A stretch of 41,844 nucleotides of DNA from an uncultured Pseudomonadota bacterium (GTDB lineage: Bacteria; SAR324; NAC60-12). The translations under genes were made by a program, and so were the position numbers. The stretch lies in assembly GCA_913020725.1 (NCBI GenBank), contig CAJWCD010000010.1, forward strand, positions 1 to 41,844. The letters are read 5' to 3'. The notes under the pieces were generated by a model that made no database searches, was not told the DNA's origin, and saw nothing but the letters and a program-made list of their open reading frames with translations. This document shows positions 1 through 8,534 of this stretch, in pieces. Numbering within the stretch: the first letter of the stretch is position 1; every line of letters starts with the position of its first letter.

Positions 1-211
1 CCTCGGCTTGGCTCGGGCCTCGCGGCGGGCCGGGCCAAACGCTGCGCCTGCTTCGGGCGGTAGCCGCGAAGACCATGGTTACGACGAACCTCTCGGCTGA
101 TCATGGACTTGTGGCGCTTCAGCAAGACCGCAATCTCACTTTGGGAATGTCCCGCAAAAGGACCTCAATCTGGTAGCGTTCTTCTTGGGTGAGCTGCGTG
201 TCGCCTCTCAT
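1..211 (-). pseudogene. IS30-family transposase, N-terminal fragment, frameshifted; runs off the left edge of the window
   Basis: Manual translation from ATG at 211 gives MRGDTQLTQEERYQIEVLL. After a frame change near 155 it reads AGHSQSEIAVLLKRHKSMISREVRRNHGLRGYRPKQAQRLA, the typical IS30 N-terminal HTH. It is not in the ORF track. Confidence 0.85.
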
Positions 212-308
212 CGGTGCCTCTCATGCTTGCTGGTTTGAAAGGCACTGATGCTGACGCAGCTTGCCTCTCTTCACCAGACGGTGAGTTGCACTTACGAGTT
301 GAACCCGC
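1..308 (-). mobile_element. Left part of a degenerate IS30-family insertion sequence
   Basis: Transposase remnant plus GTTGCACTTACGAGTTGAACCCGC at 285-308, which resembles IS30-family terminal inverted repeats (GTTGCA...TTGAA). The other end is outside the window. Confidence 0.7.
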
Positions 309-429
309 GCCCAAAGCGCAACGCCTGCTTGTGGTAGTAGAGGGCATTGCCCCGCTCGGTCGGAGTGAAGCCTCCCAGCGAAACCTCGCCGTGCTTGTCC
401 CGGAAATCCCGCACCAGTTTCAGCACCAT
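292..429 (-). pseudogene. Short gene-like fragment (45 codons) whose 3' end runs into the IS terminal repeat
   Basis: Reads MVLKLVRDFRDKHGEVSLGGFTPTERGNALYYHKQALRFG|RGFNS*. Third codon positions are strongly G/C. The stop codon lies inside the putative IS end. Confidence 0.35.
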
Positions 430-518
430 CGATCAACAGGAGAATCGGGGCTTGAGCTTTACGGAGTCAGGCCGGATGGTGATGGTCCTGCGAAAATCGA
501 AAACCGTGGAGAAGCCGC

Positions 519-1280
519 ATGAACCGACTGCAAGGAAAAATCGTCCTCATCACCGGAGCCGCCGCCGGCATCGGCAAGGCCAGCGCCCTGCGCTTTGCCA
601 AGGAAGGCGCGGTGGTAGGATTGCTGGACCTCAACCCTGCGGGTATCGAAGTTGCCGAAGCAATTCGGACACAAGGCGGGCAGGCCGAGTTCATTCAGGC
701 CGATGTCAGTGACGCTACCGTGCAGCAAGAGGCCATTGAGTCGCTGGTGGCCTCACTGGGGGGCGTGGACGTGCTTTACAACAACGCAGGGGGAGCCACG
801 CCGCTTGACGATCACTTGCTGAAAATGCCGCTGGAGGAATTCGACCGTGCGATTGGCCTGAACCTGTTTGGTCCCTTTGCGGGTTGCCGATTTGTGATCC
901 CCCACATGGAGCAACGCGGGGGTGGTTCGATCATCAACACCGCATCCATCCGCTCCATGATCGGCACTGCGGGGGCCGATGCTTACACTGCGGCCAAGGG
1001 AGGCATTGTCACCCTCACCCGTGCGCTGGCATTGCAGTGCGCGCCCAAGAAAATCCGGGTCAACGCGATTGCACCGGGTGCGGTCATGACGGAACGCGTG
1101 AAGGCGCTTATGGCTGGAGGAAACGACTCCGGACCCACCGAAGCACTGGTGAATAGGCATTTGTTGGGACTAGGAACCCCGGAGGACGTTGCGGATGTTG
1201 CGCTGTTTTTTGCGAGCGAGGATTCGCGCTGGGTGACGGGACAAATCCTGCCCGTGGATGGCGGTGCCAGCGCGGTCTGA
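519..1280 (+). CDS. Short-chain dehydrogenase/reductase (SDR family)
   Basis: TGAAAGIG nucleotide-binding motif, NNAG, YTAAK catalytic motif and C-terminal VDGG; GGAG RBS. Confidence 0.95.
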   Translation: MNRLQGKIVLITGAAAGIGKASALRFAKEGAVVGLLDLNPAGIEVAEAIRTQGGQAEFIQADVSDATVQQEAIESLVASLGGVDVLYNNAGGATPLDDHLLKMPLEEFDRAIGLNLFGPFAGCRFVIPHMEQRGGGSIINTASIRSMIGTAGADAYTAAKGGIVTLTRALALQCAPKKIRVNAIAPGAVMTERVKALMAGGNDSGPTEALVNRHLLGLGTPEDVADVALFFASEDSRWVTGQILPVDGGASAV

Positions 1281-1288
1281 GACGAGCT

Positions 1289-2824
1289 TCAAGGACAAGG
1301 TTCCACCCGTTGCACGGTGGTGTGCAAAGTGCCATCCACCAGGCGCAGAGCAAGTTCGTCTCCGGGCTGCACCTGTGTGCGGGATTTGATGACTTTCCCC
1401 TCCGTCGTGGTGGCCATGCCGTAACCGCGCCCCAAGGTCCGGAGCGGACTGAGTGAATCAAGCCGACCTGTGTGCTGTTCGATCTGCGCCTGTTGCGCTT
1501 GCAGGCGTTGCTTCACCAGCTTGGGAAGTTGCTGCTGCAACGCCATCACGCGGTTCCGCAATTCCGGGAATTGTCGGGACGGTTGCAGCAGGCGCAGGCG
1601 AGTGGCGGATTCCTCCAGAGCAAAACGGGTGCGGTCCAGCCTTGCTCGCAAGCGTTCCCGGAGCCGCAAATCCAGATCGTCCACCCGCTGCTGGAATTGT
1701 CGGATTCCGGTTTCCGGACTGCTCAACTGCCGCTTGGCTTGGATCAAGTGGTCGTGGCAACTGCGCAGCTGCTGCTGCATCCCGCGCTGAAGCCGCATGC
1801 GCCATTCCTGCACCGACGCTTCCAGTTCGAGGCGTTCCGGAATCGCCAGTTCCATCGCCGCCGAGGGCGTGGGGGCACGGAGATCCGCGACGAAATCTGC
1901 GATGGTGAAATCCGTTTCGTGTCCCACCGCCGAGATCACGGGAATCCGGGAGTCCGCAAGCACCCGCGCCAGCCGCTCGTCGTTGAACGCCCACAAGTCC
2001 TCCATCGACCCCCCGCCACGTCCGACGATGATCACGTCCAACGGCGGAGTCCGGGAGATTGTGTTCAGCACCCGCACCCCCTCCACCAACGCAGGAACCG
2101 CTTGGTTGCCCTGCACCACCGCCGGAAAGAGCGTGACCGGAATGCCCGGAAAGCGTCGGCGCAGCACCGTGAGCATGTCATGGATGACCGCCCCCGTCGG
2201 CGAAGTGACGATGCCGATGTGCCGGGGCAGAAACGGCAGGGGGCGTTTGCGAGATTTGTCAAACAGCCCCTCCTTGGCGAGTTTGTCCCTGAGTTGCTCA
2301 AAGGCGAGTTGCAATGCCCCCACACCTTTTGGCTCCATCGCGGAGGCATTGACCTGATACACGCCACGCGGGGCATAAACACTGAGGTGTCCCCGGACCA
2401 CAACCTCCAGTCCATCCACAGGCTGAAAAGGTAATCCGGCCACCGCCCGCCGGAACATCACCCCCGACACCTGCGATTCCTCATCGCGCAACGTGAAGTA
2501 AATGTGTCCAGACGCGGCGCGGCTGACATTTGACAATTCACCCGCCACCCACACACTGCGGAACTCCCCCTCCAGTGCCATGCGAATTTGACGGGTGAGT
2601 TGCGAAACTGTCAGGGGCTTGTCGGAACGTTTTTTTTGTGGGGTTTTGGAGGGTTGCTCGGAAGGATTTTGCGGGTCTTCCTCTGTGGCTGAGGCAGAAA
2701 TCTCTCCGCTGCGATTCCCCTCTTTGTCAAAGGGGGGTTGGGGGGGATTTCGGGATTCCGATTCACTGGAATCTCCCACTTCGGGAAGAGGAAGTTCGAC
2801 CTGAAAAGGAATACGCGGGGGCAT
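1289..2824 (-). CDS. xseA: Exodeoxyribonuclease VII large subunit with ~65 aa low-complexity N-terminal extension
   Basis: VWVAGELSN, SGHIYFTLRD, GRGGGSMEDLWAFN, SAVGHETDFT, APTPSAA and LSPLRTLGRGY motifs. The start lies directly after the aroE stop. Confidence 0.95.
   Translation of the reverse strand: MPPRIPFQVELPLPEVGDSSESESRNPPQPPFDKEGNRSGEISASATEEDPQNPSEQPSKTPQKKRSDKPLTVSQLTRQIRMALEGEFRSVWVAGELSNVSRAASGHIYFTLRDEESQVSGVMFRRAVAGLPFQPVDGLEVVVRGHLSVYAPRGVYQVNASAMEPKGVGALQLAFEQLRDKLAKEGLFDKSRKRPLPFLPRHIGIVTSPTGAVIHDMLTVLRRRFPGIPVTLFPAVVQGNQAVPALVEGVRVLNTISRTPPLDVIIVGRGGGSMEDLWAFNDERLARVLADSRIPVISAVGHETDFTIADFVADLRAPTPSAAMELAIPERLELEASVQEWRMRLQRGMQQQLRSCHDHLIQAKRQLSSPETGIRQFQQRVDDLDLRLRERLRARLDRTRFALEESATRLRLLQPSRQFPELRNRVMALQQQLPKLVKQRLQAQQAQIEQHTGRLDSLSPLRTLGRGYGMATTTEGKVIKSRTQVQPGDELALRLVDGTLHTTVQRVEPCP
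2715..2750. repeat. Short hairpin-forming dispersed-repeat-like element inside the xseA N-terminal extension
   Basis: TTCCCCTCTTTGTCAAAGGGGGGTTGGGGGGGATTT, with stem CCCCTCTTT/AAAGGGGGG and a G-run tail. It resembles the CCCCCTT-n-AAGGGGG GG.GGGGGAT short dispersed repeats. Single copy in this window. Confidence 0.5.
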
Positions 2825-2825
2825 T

Positions 2826-3683
2826 TCAGTCGGTTTGCAGGGCAGAATCCAGCGCTCTCCGCATTTCTGCTTCCGGAGCGACCTTTCCGGTCCAAAACGA
2901 AAACGCCTCCGTGCCTTGGTGCAGCAGCATGCCTAGTCCGTTGAGATGCGGAACGCCAAGGCGTTGAGCTTGCGCGAGCAGCGGGGTTTGGGGTGGGCGG
3001 TAGATGATGTCCACCACGTTGCGGACCTCCCGGAAACGCTCCAAGTCGGCGGGTGCCGAAACTCCGTCCATGCCCACGGTCGTGGTGTTCACCAAGAGCT
3101 CAAGCGGCTGCGCTGCCAATGCCGACAAAGAGACCGCCACCATTTCGGTTTCCGGAGCAAAGGGTTGGAGTGAGGAAATCAAGGCCACCACCCGCTCTGG
3201 AGTGCGATTGCAAACGAAAATCTGGGCGGCCCCGGATTCGGACAATCCGGCCAGCAAGGCCCGTGCAGAACCTCCCGCTCCGAGCAATCCCACCCGGAGT
3301 CCGCGCAGTTCCAAGTCGAGTGGAGCCAGTGAGCGCAGGAATCCGGGCGCGTCCGTATTCGTGCCGAGCAGCTTACCGTCGGAGATGCGCACTGTGTTCA
3401 CCGCGCCGATGCGCTGCGCGAGCGGACTCACTTCGTCGAGCAGGGGCAGGATGGCGGATTTGTGTGGAACTGTGACGTTGAAACCACAGACACCAAGAGC
3501 GACCATACCGCGAACGGCGTTCTGTAACTGATCCGGGTGAACCGGAAAAGGCAGGTAAACCGCCTCAAGCCCCAAGGCATTGAAGCCGGTGTTGTGAAGT
3601 TGCGGGGAGAGGGTGTGTGTGACCGGATGGCCGATCACACCATAGAGTCTGGTTTTTCCGGAAATCGCAACGGCGGCGCTCAT
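2826..3683 (-). CDS. aroE: Shikimate dehydrogenase
   Basis: GHPVTHTLSP, NVTVPHK, GAVNT, NTDAPG, GAGGSA and GLGMLLHQG motifs. Confidence 0.95.
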   Translation of the reverse strand: MSAAVAISGKTRLYGVIGHPVTHTLSPQLHNTGFNALGLEAVYLPFPVHPDQLQNAVRGMVALGVCGFNVTVPHKSAILPLLDEVSPLAQRIGAVNTVRISDGKLLGTNTDAPGFLRSLAPLDLELRGLRVGLLGAGGSARALLAGLSESGAAQIFVCNRTPERVVALISSLQPFAPETEMVAVSLSALAAQPLELLVNTTTVGMDGVSAPADLERFREVRNVVDIIYRPPQTPLLAQAQRLGVPHLNGLGMLLHQGTEAFSFWTGKVAPEAEMRRALDSALQTD

Positions 3684-3949
3684 TCCAATTCGTTGAAGCG
3701 GGCGTCAATGAGCGACACGAGCGCAGCGGCGGCCTGAACCTCGTCGACGCCCGTGGTTTCCACCACCACAGCAGTGCCTTGGGTAGCGCCGAGCATCAGC
3801 AATCCCATAATCGTCTTCGCGTTGGCGACCTCACCACTCCGATGAATCTTGACGCTTGCTTCAAAGGTTGTGGCCAGCTTGACGACCTCGGCAGCCGCAC
3901 GGGCGTGCAGGCCGAGACGGTTGATGATCTGCGTCTCGTGGCGCTCCAT
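3680..3949 (-). CDS. ptsH: HPr-family phosphocarrier protein
   Basis: GLHARAA with His at position 15; NAKTIMGLLML region; 89 aa. Confidence 0.92.
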   Translation of the reverse strand: MERHETQIINRLGLHARAAAEVVKLATTFEASVKIHRSGEVANAKTIMGLLMLGATQGTAVVVETTGVDEVQAAAALVSLIDARFNELE

Positions 3950-3952
3950 GCC

Positions 3953-5116
3953 TCAAAGTCCTGCAGCTTGGCGAAGGTCATCGGCCTTGTTGGTCTGCTC
4001 CCAAGTGAACTCCGGAAGCTCGCGACCAAAGTGCCCGTAAGCGGCGGTTTTCTGAAAAATCGGACGCAGCAAGTCCAAGGCTTGGATCAAACCCGCAGGG
4101 CGTAATTCAAAGTGATCCCGGATCAATTTGCTGATGACGGATTCGTCCACGCAGTTCGTGCCGAAGGTCTCCACGGAAACGGAAACCGGCTCGGCGACAC
4201 CAATGGCATACGCGAGTTGCACCTCACAGCGCGAGGCGAGTCCGGAGGCCACCACATTCTTGGCGACATGCCGCGCCGCATACGCCGCCGAGCGGTCCAC
4301 CTTTGAGGGGTCCTTGCCGGAAAACGCACCCCCGCCGTGTCGCCCCATGCCACCGTAAGTGTCCACGATGATCTTGCGTCCGGTCAACCCGCAGTCACCT
4401 TGCGGCCCACCGATCTCGAATTTTCCAGTCGGGTTGATGTGGTATTGGATAGCATCGCCGAGGAACTGCTCCGGGATCACCTCGCGGATCACGGCTTCGA
4501 TCACCTCGTCCCGGAGTTGAGTTTGGTTGGTCCCTTCCGTGTGCTGGGAACTGATCACCACCGTCGTCACTGCAACGGGCTTGCCGTCCACATAGCGAAC
4601 CGTGACCTGTGATTTTCCATCCGGACGCAGGTAAGGCAGGGTGCCGTTTTTGCGCACCTGCGAAAGTCGTTCGGTGAGCCGATGCGCCAACTGGATCGGC
4701 AGCGGCATCAGTTCCGGGGTCTCGTCGCAGGCATAGCCGAACATCAAACCTTGATCGCCTGCGCCTTGTTCCAAGTGCAAGCCCTCGCCCTCGTTCACGC
4801 CTTGCGCGATGTCCAGGGATTGCTTGTCGAGGCTGATCAGCACGGCGCAGGTGTTGAAGTCAAAGCCCATTTTGGAGTCGGTGTAGCCAATGCCCTCGAT
4901 GGTGTTGCGCACCACCTTTTGCAAGTCCACCCATGCCTCCGTCGTCACTTCTCCGGCGACCACAGCCATGCCGGTCGTCACCAAGGTTTCGCAGGCCACA
5001 CGGCTCTGTTTGTCCTCAGTTAGCATGGCATCCAGAATGCCGTCGGAGATCTGATCCGCGATTTTGTCGGGATGGCCCTCCGTCACGCTTTCGGAGGTGA
5101 AAAGCATTTTACCCAT
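3953..5116 (-). CDS. metK: S-adenosylmethionine synthetase
   Basis: [19 protein letters not shown] and GGGAFSGKD signatures. ATG at 5116 is preferred over TTG at 5119. Confidence 0.98.
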   Translation of the reverse strand: MGKMLFTSESVTEGHPDKIADQISDGILDAMLTEDKQSRVACETLVTTGMAVVAGEVTTEAWVDLQKVVRNTIEGIGYTDSKMGFDFNTCAVLISLDKQSLDIAQGVNEGEGLHLEQGAGDQGLMFGYACDETPELMPLPIQLAHRLTERLSQVRKNGTLPYLRPDGKSQVTVRYVDGKPVAVTTVVISSQHTEGTNQTQLRDEVIEAVIREVIPEQFLGDAIQYHINPTGKFEIGGPQGDCGLTGRKIIVDTYGGMGRHGGGAFSGKDPSKVDRSAAYAARHVAKNVVASGLASRCEVQLAYAIGVAEPVSVSVETFGTNCVDESVISKLIRDHFELRPAGLIQALDLLRPIFQKTAAYGHFGRELPEFTWEQTNKADDLRQAAGL

Positions 5117-5190
5117 CAACTGTCTCTGTAAAGGGTTGGGAGCAACTGTGGCGTCTGGTAAAAACGGCCATTCTCAGAATTCAAACCTAA

Positions 5191-5219
5191 AATCTAGCAG
5201 AAATTAAGCAAATCGTCAA
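5191..5219 (-). promoter_or_regulatory. Putative sigma70 promoter of the metK-ptsH-aroE-xseA operon
   Basis: TTGACG (5219-5214), 17 nt spacer, TAGATT (5196-5191), in an AT-rich tract ~75 nt upstream of metK. Confidence 0.6.
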
Positions 5220-5327
5220 ATCCGGATATTGCGATGAATTGGTCTTGTGCCTCGGACGCACACGGAGTTTTTTGATCTTAACGCAAGTGCCCCGACAGCA
5301 AAAGCCAAAGGAGGGCGGTGAGGGAGG

Positions 5328-6143
5328 TCACCGGACTTGCTCCAGTCGCTCGCCCAGCGAAACGACGAGTCCCAGCGCAAGGCACATGGAGGCCGAGAGC
5401 GAGCGGAATCCAGCAACCTCCAACTCCAGCACCTCAAAGGCCACCTTGGCCGCCGCATGGATTGGACTCACCGGAGAATCCGTCAGGGCAATCACCACAA
5501 TGCCACGACTCGCGACATCTTCAACCAGTGCCACCACCTCTTGAGCGTAGGGCGGAAAACTAATCGCCAGCAGCACATCCCGTTCCTGTAGGTTGCGGCC
5601 CTGTTCCCCGAACATGCCGCCGACCCCATCAAGCAGGTGTGCCGGACGTCCCAGATGCCCCAGCGCATACGCAAGGTAGGAGGCCACCGGAAAGGAACGT
5701 CGCTGGGCCGCAACATGAATTCGCTCGGAGGCAACCAACAAGTCCACCGCAGCATTGAGTTGGAGAATGCTTTCCGACTCTCCTAGGTGCTGGAGCGAGG
5801 CGATTCCGGCTTCCACAAAGCTCTGGAGTCGTGGGGTTCCCTGCTCAGAGGATGAGGCCGAGCGGGCAGCGTGGATACGGGCACGGTAGTCTGGCATGTG
5901 GTGCAGCAGTCCCTCCCGGAAACTCTTCTGCATCTCCGTAAATCCGGAGAAGCCCAGCGCCCGTGCAAACCGCACCATGCCCGAAGGTGAAACTTCAGAA
6001 CGCTCCGACAGCACCGCGATTGTCTCCAGCGCCATGTCATCCGGATGCGCCAGCGCGTACTCCGCGATCTGCCGGAGTCGCCCTGGCAGGGTGGGGTGCG
6101 CCCCCACCAACGCTTGACGCAGGTGTTCGTAAGTCTGGATCAT
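5328..6143 (-). CDS. MurR/RpiR-family transcriptional regulator (HTH + SIS), IolR-like
   Basis: IAEYALAHPDDMA...SPSGMVRFARALGFSGF HTH region and SIS domain (ISFPPYA, ALTDSPVSP). ATG at 6143 is just downstream of the upstream gene's stop. Confidence 0.9.
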   Translation of the reverse strand: MIQTYEHLRQALVGAHPTLPGRLRQIAEYALAHPDDMALETIAVLSERSEVSPSGMVRFARALGFSGFTEMQKSFREGLLHHMPDYRARIHAARSASSSEQGTPRLQSFVEAGIASLQHLGESESILQLNAAVDLLVASERIHVAAQRRSFPVASYLAYALGHLGRPAHLLDGVGGMFGEQGRNLQERDVLLAISFPPYAQEVVALVEDVASRGIVVIALTDSPVSPIHAAAKVAFEVLELEVAGFRSLSASMCLALGLVVSLGERLEQVR

Positions 6144-6150
6144 CAATTGG

Positions 6151-6771
6151 TTAGGACAACGGAGGTTGCACCACGGTGACACCGATCATGGCATCGCGTC
6201 CCACGAGTGCGGCCAACTCCTGCTCGCTGCAATCGTCCGTACCTTCCGGACGCTGCGGCAGGACGAGGTAGCGTAAATCGGCCGTGCTGTCGTGGACACG
6301 AACCGGCACATTGTCCGGGATTTCGGTGCCAAATTCACGCAGCACGGCTCGGGGTTCGCGTACCGAGCGCGAGCGGTATTCACGGCTTTTGTACCAGTCC
6401 GGAGGAAGTCCCAACAGAAAACGGGGGTAGCACGAGCAGAGGGTGCAGACGATCAGGTTGTGAGCTTCCGGAGTGTTTTCGACCACGACTAGATTCAGCG
6501 GGCCGAGGTCAATGTCCAACTCGCTGACGGCGGCAGGTGCATTTTCTAAGAGCCGGCGCTTGAACTCCGGGTCCACCCACGCCCGCGCCACCACTTCCGC
6601 GCCGCGCTCTGGCGTCCGGGAGTCCATGTCCTCAATCGCACGGCGGATGTCCTCGGCGGTGAGGATTTCTTTTTCAATCAGCAACTCCCGCACGGCAGCT
6701 TCCATGAACTGGTAGTAGGTCGCAGGCACGTCCTGATCCGGACGGGTTTCGTGTGAATGAGTGGCACTCAT
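6151..6771 (-). CDS. Cobalt-type nitrile hydratase alpha / thiocyanate hydrolase gamma-like catalytic subunit
   Basis: Metal-binding motif VCTLCSCYPR (Thr/Tyr Co-type signature), VARAWVDPEFK and HDSTADLRYLVLP. Confidence 0.93.
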   Translation of the reverse strand: MSATHSHETRPDQDVPATYYQFMEAAVRELLIEKEILTAEDIRRAIEDMDSRTPERGAEVVARAWVDPEFKRRLLENAPAAVSELDIDLGPLNLVVVENTPEAHNLIVCTLCSCYPRFLLGLPPDWYKSREYRSRSVREPRAVLREFGTEIPDNVPVRVHDSTADLRYLVLPQRPEGTDDCSEQELAALVGRDAMIGVTVVQPPLS

Positions 6772-7067
6772 GGCGTTTTTGGGGATGTGGGTTCCAACCA
6801 GAATTCATAGATTTCCACGTCCAGCGTGTCCGCAGGATTGCCCTCGTAATCCGGCCAGACTTCCTGCTGTTGGAAGCGGACCCGGTAGAGCGGAACGAAG
6901 GGCGCGTCAAAGCGACCAAAGGCCAATTCCTCCGCATTGCGGAATGCCCCGGCGCTACGTTCGATGACCCCCTGACAGCCGCGTGCGTAAAACGGGGTGC
7001 GGATGTGTCCGGGAGGTGAACCGGTGCGCACACGCACGGGGTCTCCGGGCTGAAATTGTGGAGTCAT
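6768..7067 (-). CDS. Nitrile hydratase beta C-terminal (SH3-like) domain protein; thiocyanate hydrolase alpha-like subunit
   Basis: FQPGDPVRV, GHIRTPFYARG, LYRVRF...VW and EIYEFWLEP. Has 4-bp ATGA overlaps with both neighbours. Confidence 0.88.
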   Translation of the reverse strand: MTPQFQPGDPVRVRTGSPPGHIRTPFYARGCQGVIERSAGAFRNAEELAFGRFDAPFVPLYRVRFQQQEVWPDYEGNPADTLDVEIYEFWLEPTSPKTP

Positions 7068-7399
7068 GCCCCCTCCGTTTGGGCGCGGGCCTGCACCGCT
7101 TCAAGCTTGCGGCTGAGTTCTGCGGTGGTCAGCACACCGTTGTGTTGTAAGGCCTGCGTGATTGAAAAAATCCAACGCTCGTAGTAGCTCATTTTTTCGT
7201 AAGCATCCGGCGGCAGGCTCTCGATGCCCTTGCGGAGTTGATCAACGCTCAACAGCTTACGCTCCGCAAGCAGCGCCATCAGCGCATCCACCCGCTTTTC
7301 CCAGAGGGCATAGTCATGCTCGGTCTGCTGGACGGGTCCAGCGTCCAGCCCGCCCATGTCGTGATGCCCACGACGCGTAAAATCTCGTTCCATCTTCAT
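7064..7399 (-). CDS. Nitrile hydratase beta N-terminal domain protein; thiocyanate hydrolase beta-like subunit
   Basis: HDMGG, WEKRVDAL, SYYERW and GVLTTAEL motifs. Start is probably ATG at 7399 or 7393 rather than TTG at 7474. Confidence 0.88.
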   Translation of the reverse strand: MKMERDFTRRGHHDMGGLDAGPVQQTEHDYALWEKRVDALMALLAERKLLSVDQLRKGIESLPPDAYEKMSYYERWIFSITQALQHNGVLTTAELSRKLEAVQARAQTEGA

Positions 7400-7531
7400 T
7401 TGGATTCTCGTTGTGGAAACATTCAGGTCGCTTGCAGCGGGGGGCATTGCTGAACAACTGCTTGTGTTTTCCAAGATATTCCAGTCAGAATCAATCCCTT
7501 TCTACTCATCTCACCCATTTGGAGTCCCGTC

Positions 7532-8497
7532 ATGACTGTTCGCATCGCCCTGCTTGATGATTACCTGCAAGCCGCCCGCGCCCTTGCTCCGTGGCACACG
7601 CTGCCCCCGGAGTTCACACTGGAGGTGTTTTCGGAACCCTTTGACTCGGAAGTGGAAACCACTGAGAAACTGCAAAACTTTGAAATACTCATTGCTATGC
7701 GCGAGCGCACACGTTTTCCAGAATCACTGCTGCTGCAACTCCCCAAGCTGCGCTTGCTCGTCACCACCGGAATGCGCAATCTGAGCATCGACATGGAGTT
7801 TGCCCGCCAGCAGGGCGTGACCGTCTGCGGCACCCGGATGCTTGGCTACCCCACGGCAGAACTGACATGGGCACTGATCTTGGGATTGGTGCGCAACCTG
7901 CCCGCCGAAGCAGCGGCGATGCAGTCCGGAGGCTGGCATGTGGGGCTGGGGCTGGGGCTGAAGGGCAAAACCCTCGGGTTGTTCGGGCTGGGCAAACTCG
8001 GTTCGCAGGTTGCCAAAATCGGACTGGCGTTTGGAATGCGTGTGATCGCGTGGAGCGAAAACCTCACAGAGGAACGCTGCAACGCGGTTGGGGTGCAACG
8101 AGTTGCACGTGAGCAACTCTTCCGGGAAGCTGATGTGCTGTCCATCCATGTTGTCCTCAGTGAGCGCACTCGCGGGACGGTCGGCCAGCAGGAACTGAGT
8201 TGGATGAAACCAAGCGCGTTTCTGATCAACACCTCACGCGGGCCAATCATCCAAGAACCGGCCTTGCTTGCTGCCTTGGAGAACCAGCGCATCACAGGAG
8301 CCGGAATTGATGTGTACGATCAGGAACCCCTACCTGCGGAACACCCTCTGCGCTCGGTGCCGAATACTCTGCTCACGGGACACTGCGGTTATGTCACCCG
8401 CGAGAATTTCCAGCAAGCCTACGGCGATGCTGTGGAGGATTTGCTCGCATGGCATTCCGGAAGTCCCGTGCGGGTCTTGAATGCAGCAACGGATTGA
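7532..8497 (+). CDS. D-isomer-specific 2-hydroxyacid dehydrogenase family protein
   Basis: MRERT, GLGKLG, INTSRGPI, DVYDQEP and the catalytic His in TGHCGY; GGAG RBS. Confidence 0.93.
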   Translation: MTVRIALLDDYLQAARALAPWHTLPPEFTLEVFSEPFDSEVETTEKLQNFEILIAMRERTRFPESLLLQLPKLRLLVTTGMRNLSIDMEFARQQGVTVCGTRMLGYPTAELTWALILGLVRNLPAEAAAMQSGGWHVGLGLGLKGKTLGLFGLGKLGSQVAKIGLAFGMRVIAWSENLTEERCNAVGVQRVAREQLFREADVLSIHVVLSERTRGTVGQQELSWMKPSAFLINTSRGPIIQEPALLAALENQRITGAGIDVYDQEPLPAEHPLRSVPNTLLTGHCGYVTRENFQQAYGDAVEDLLAWHSGSPVRVLNAATD

Positions 8498-8534
8498 GTC
8501 AGTCTTTGCCGATTATTCGCTTCAAGGATTGGTT

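Noticed and set aside
5117..5190. SAM riboswitch upstream of metK
   Set aside because: The leader after the predicted promoter is short and shows no SAM-I, SAM-II or SAM-V consensus that I can recognise.
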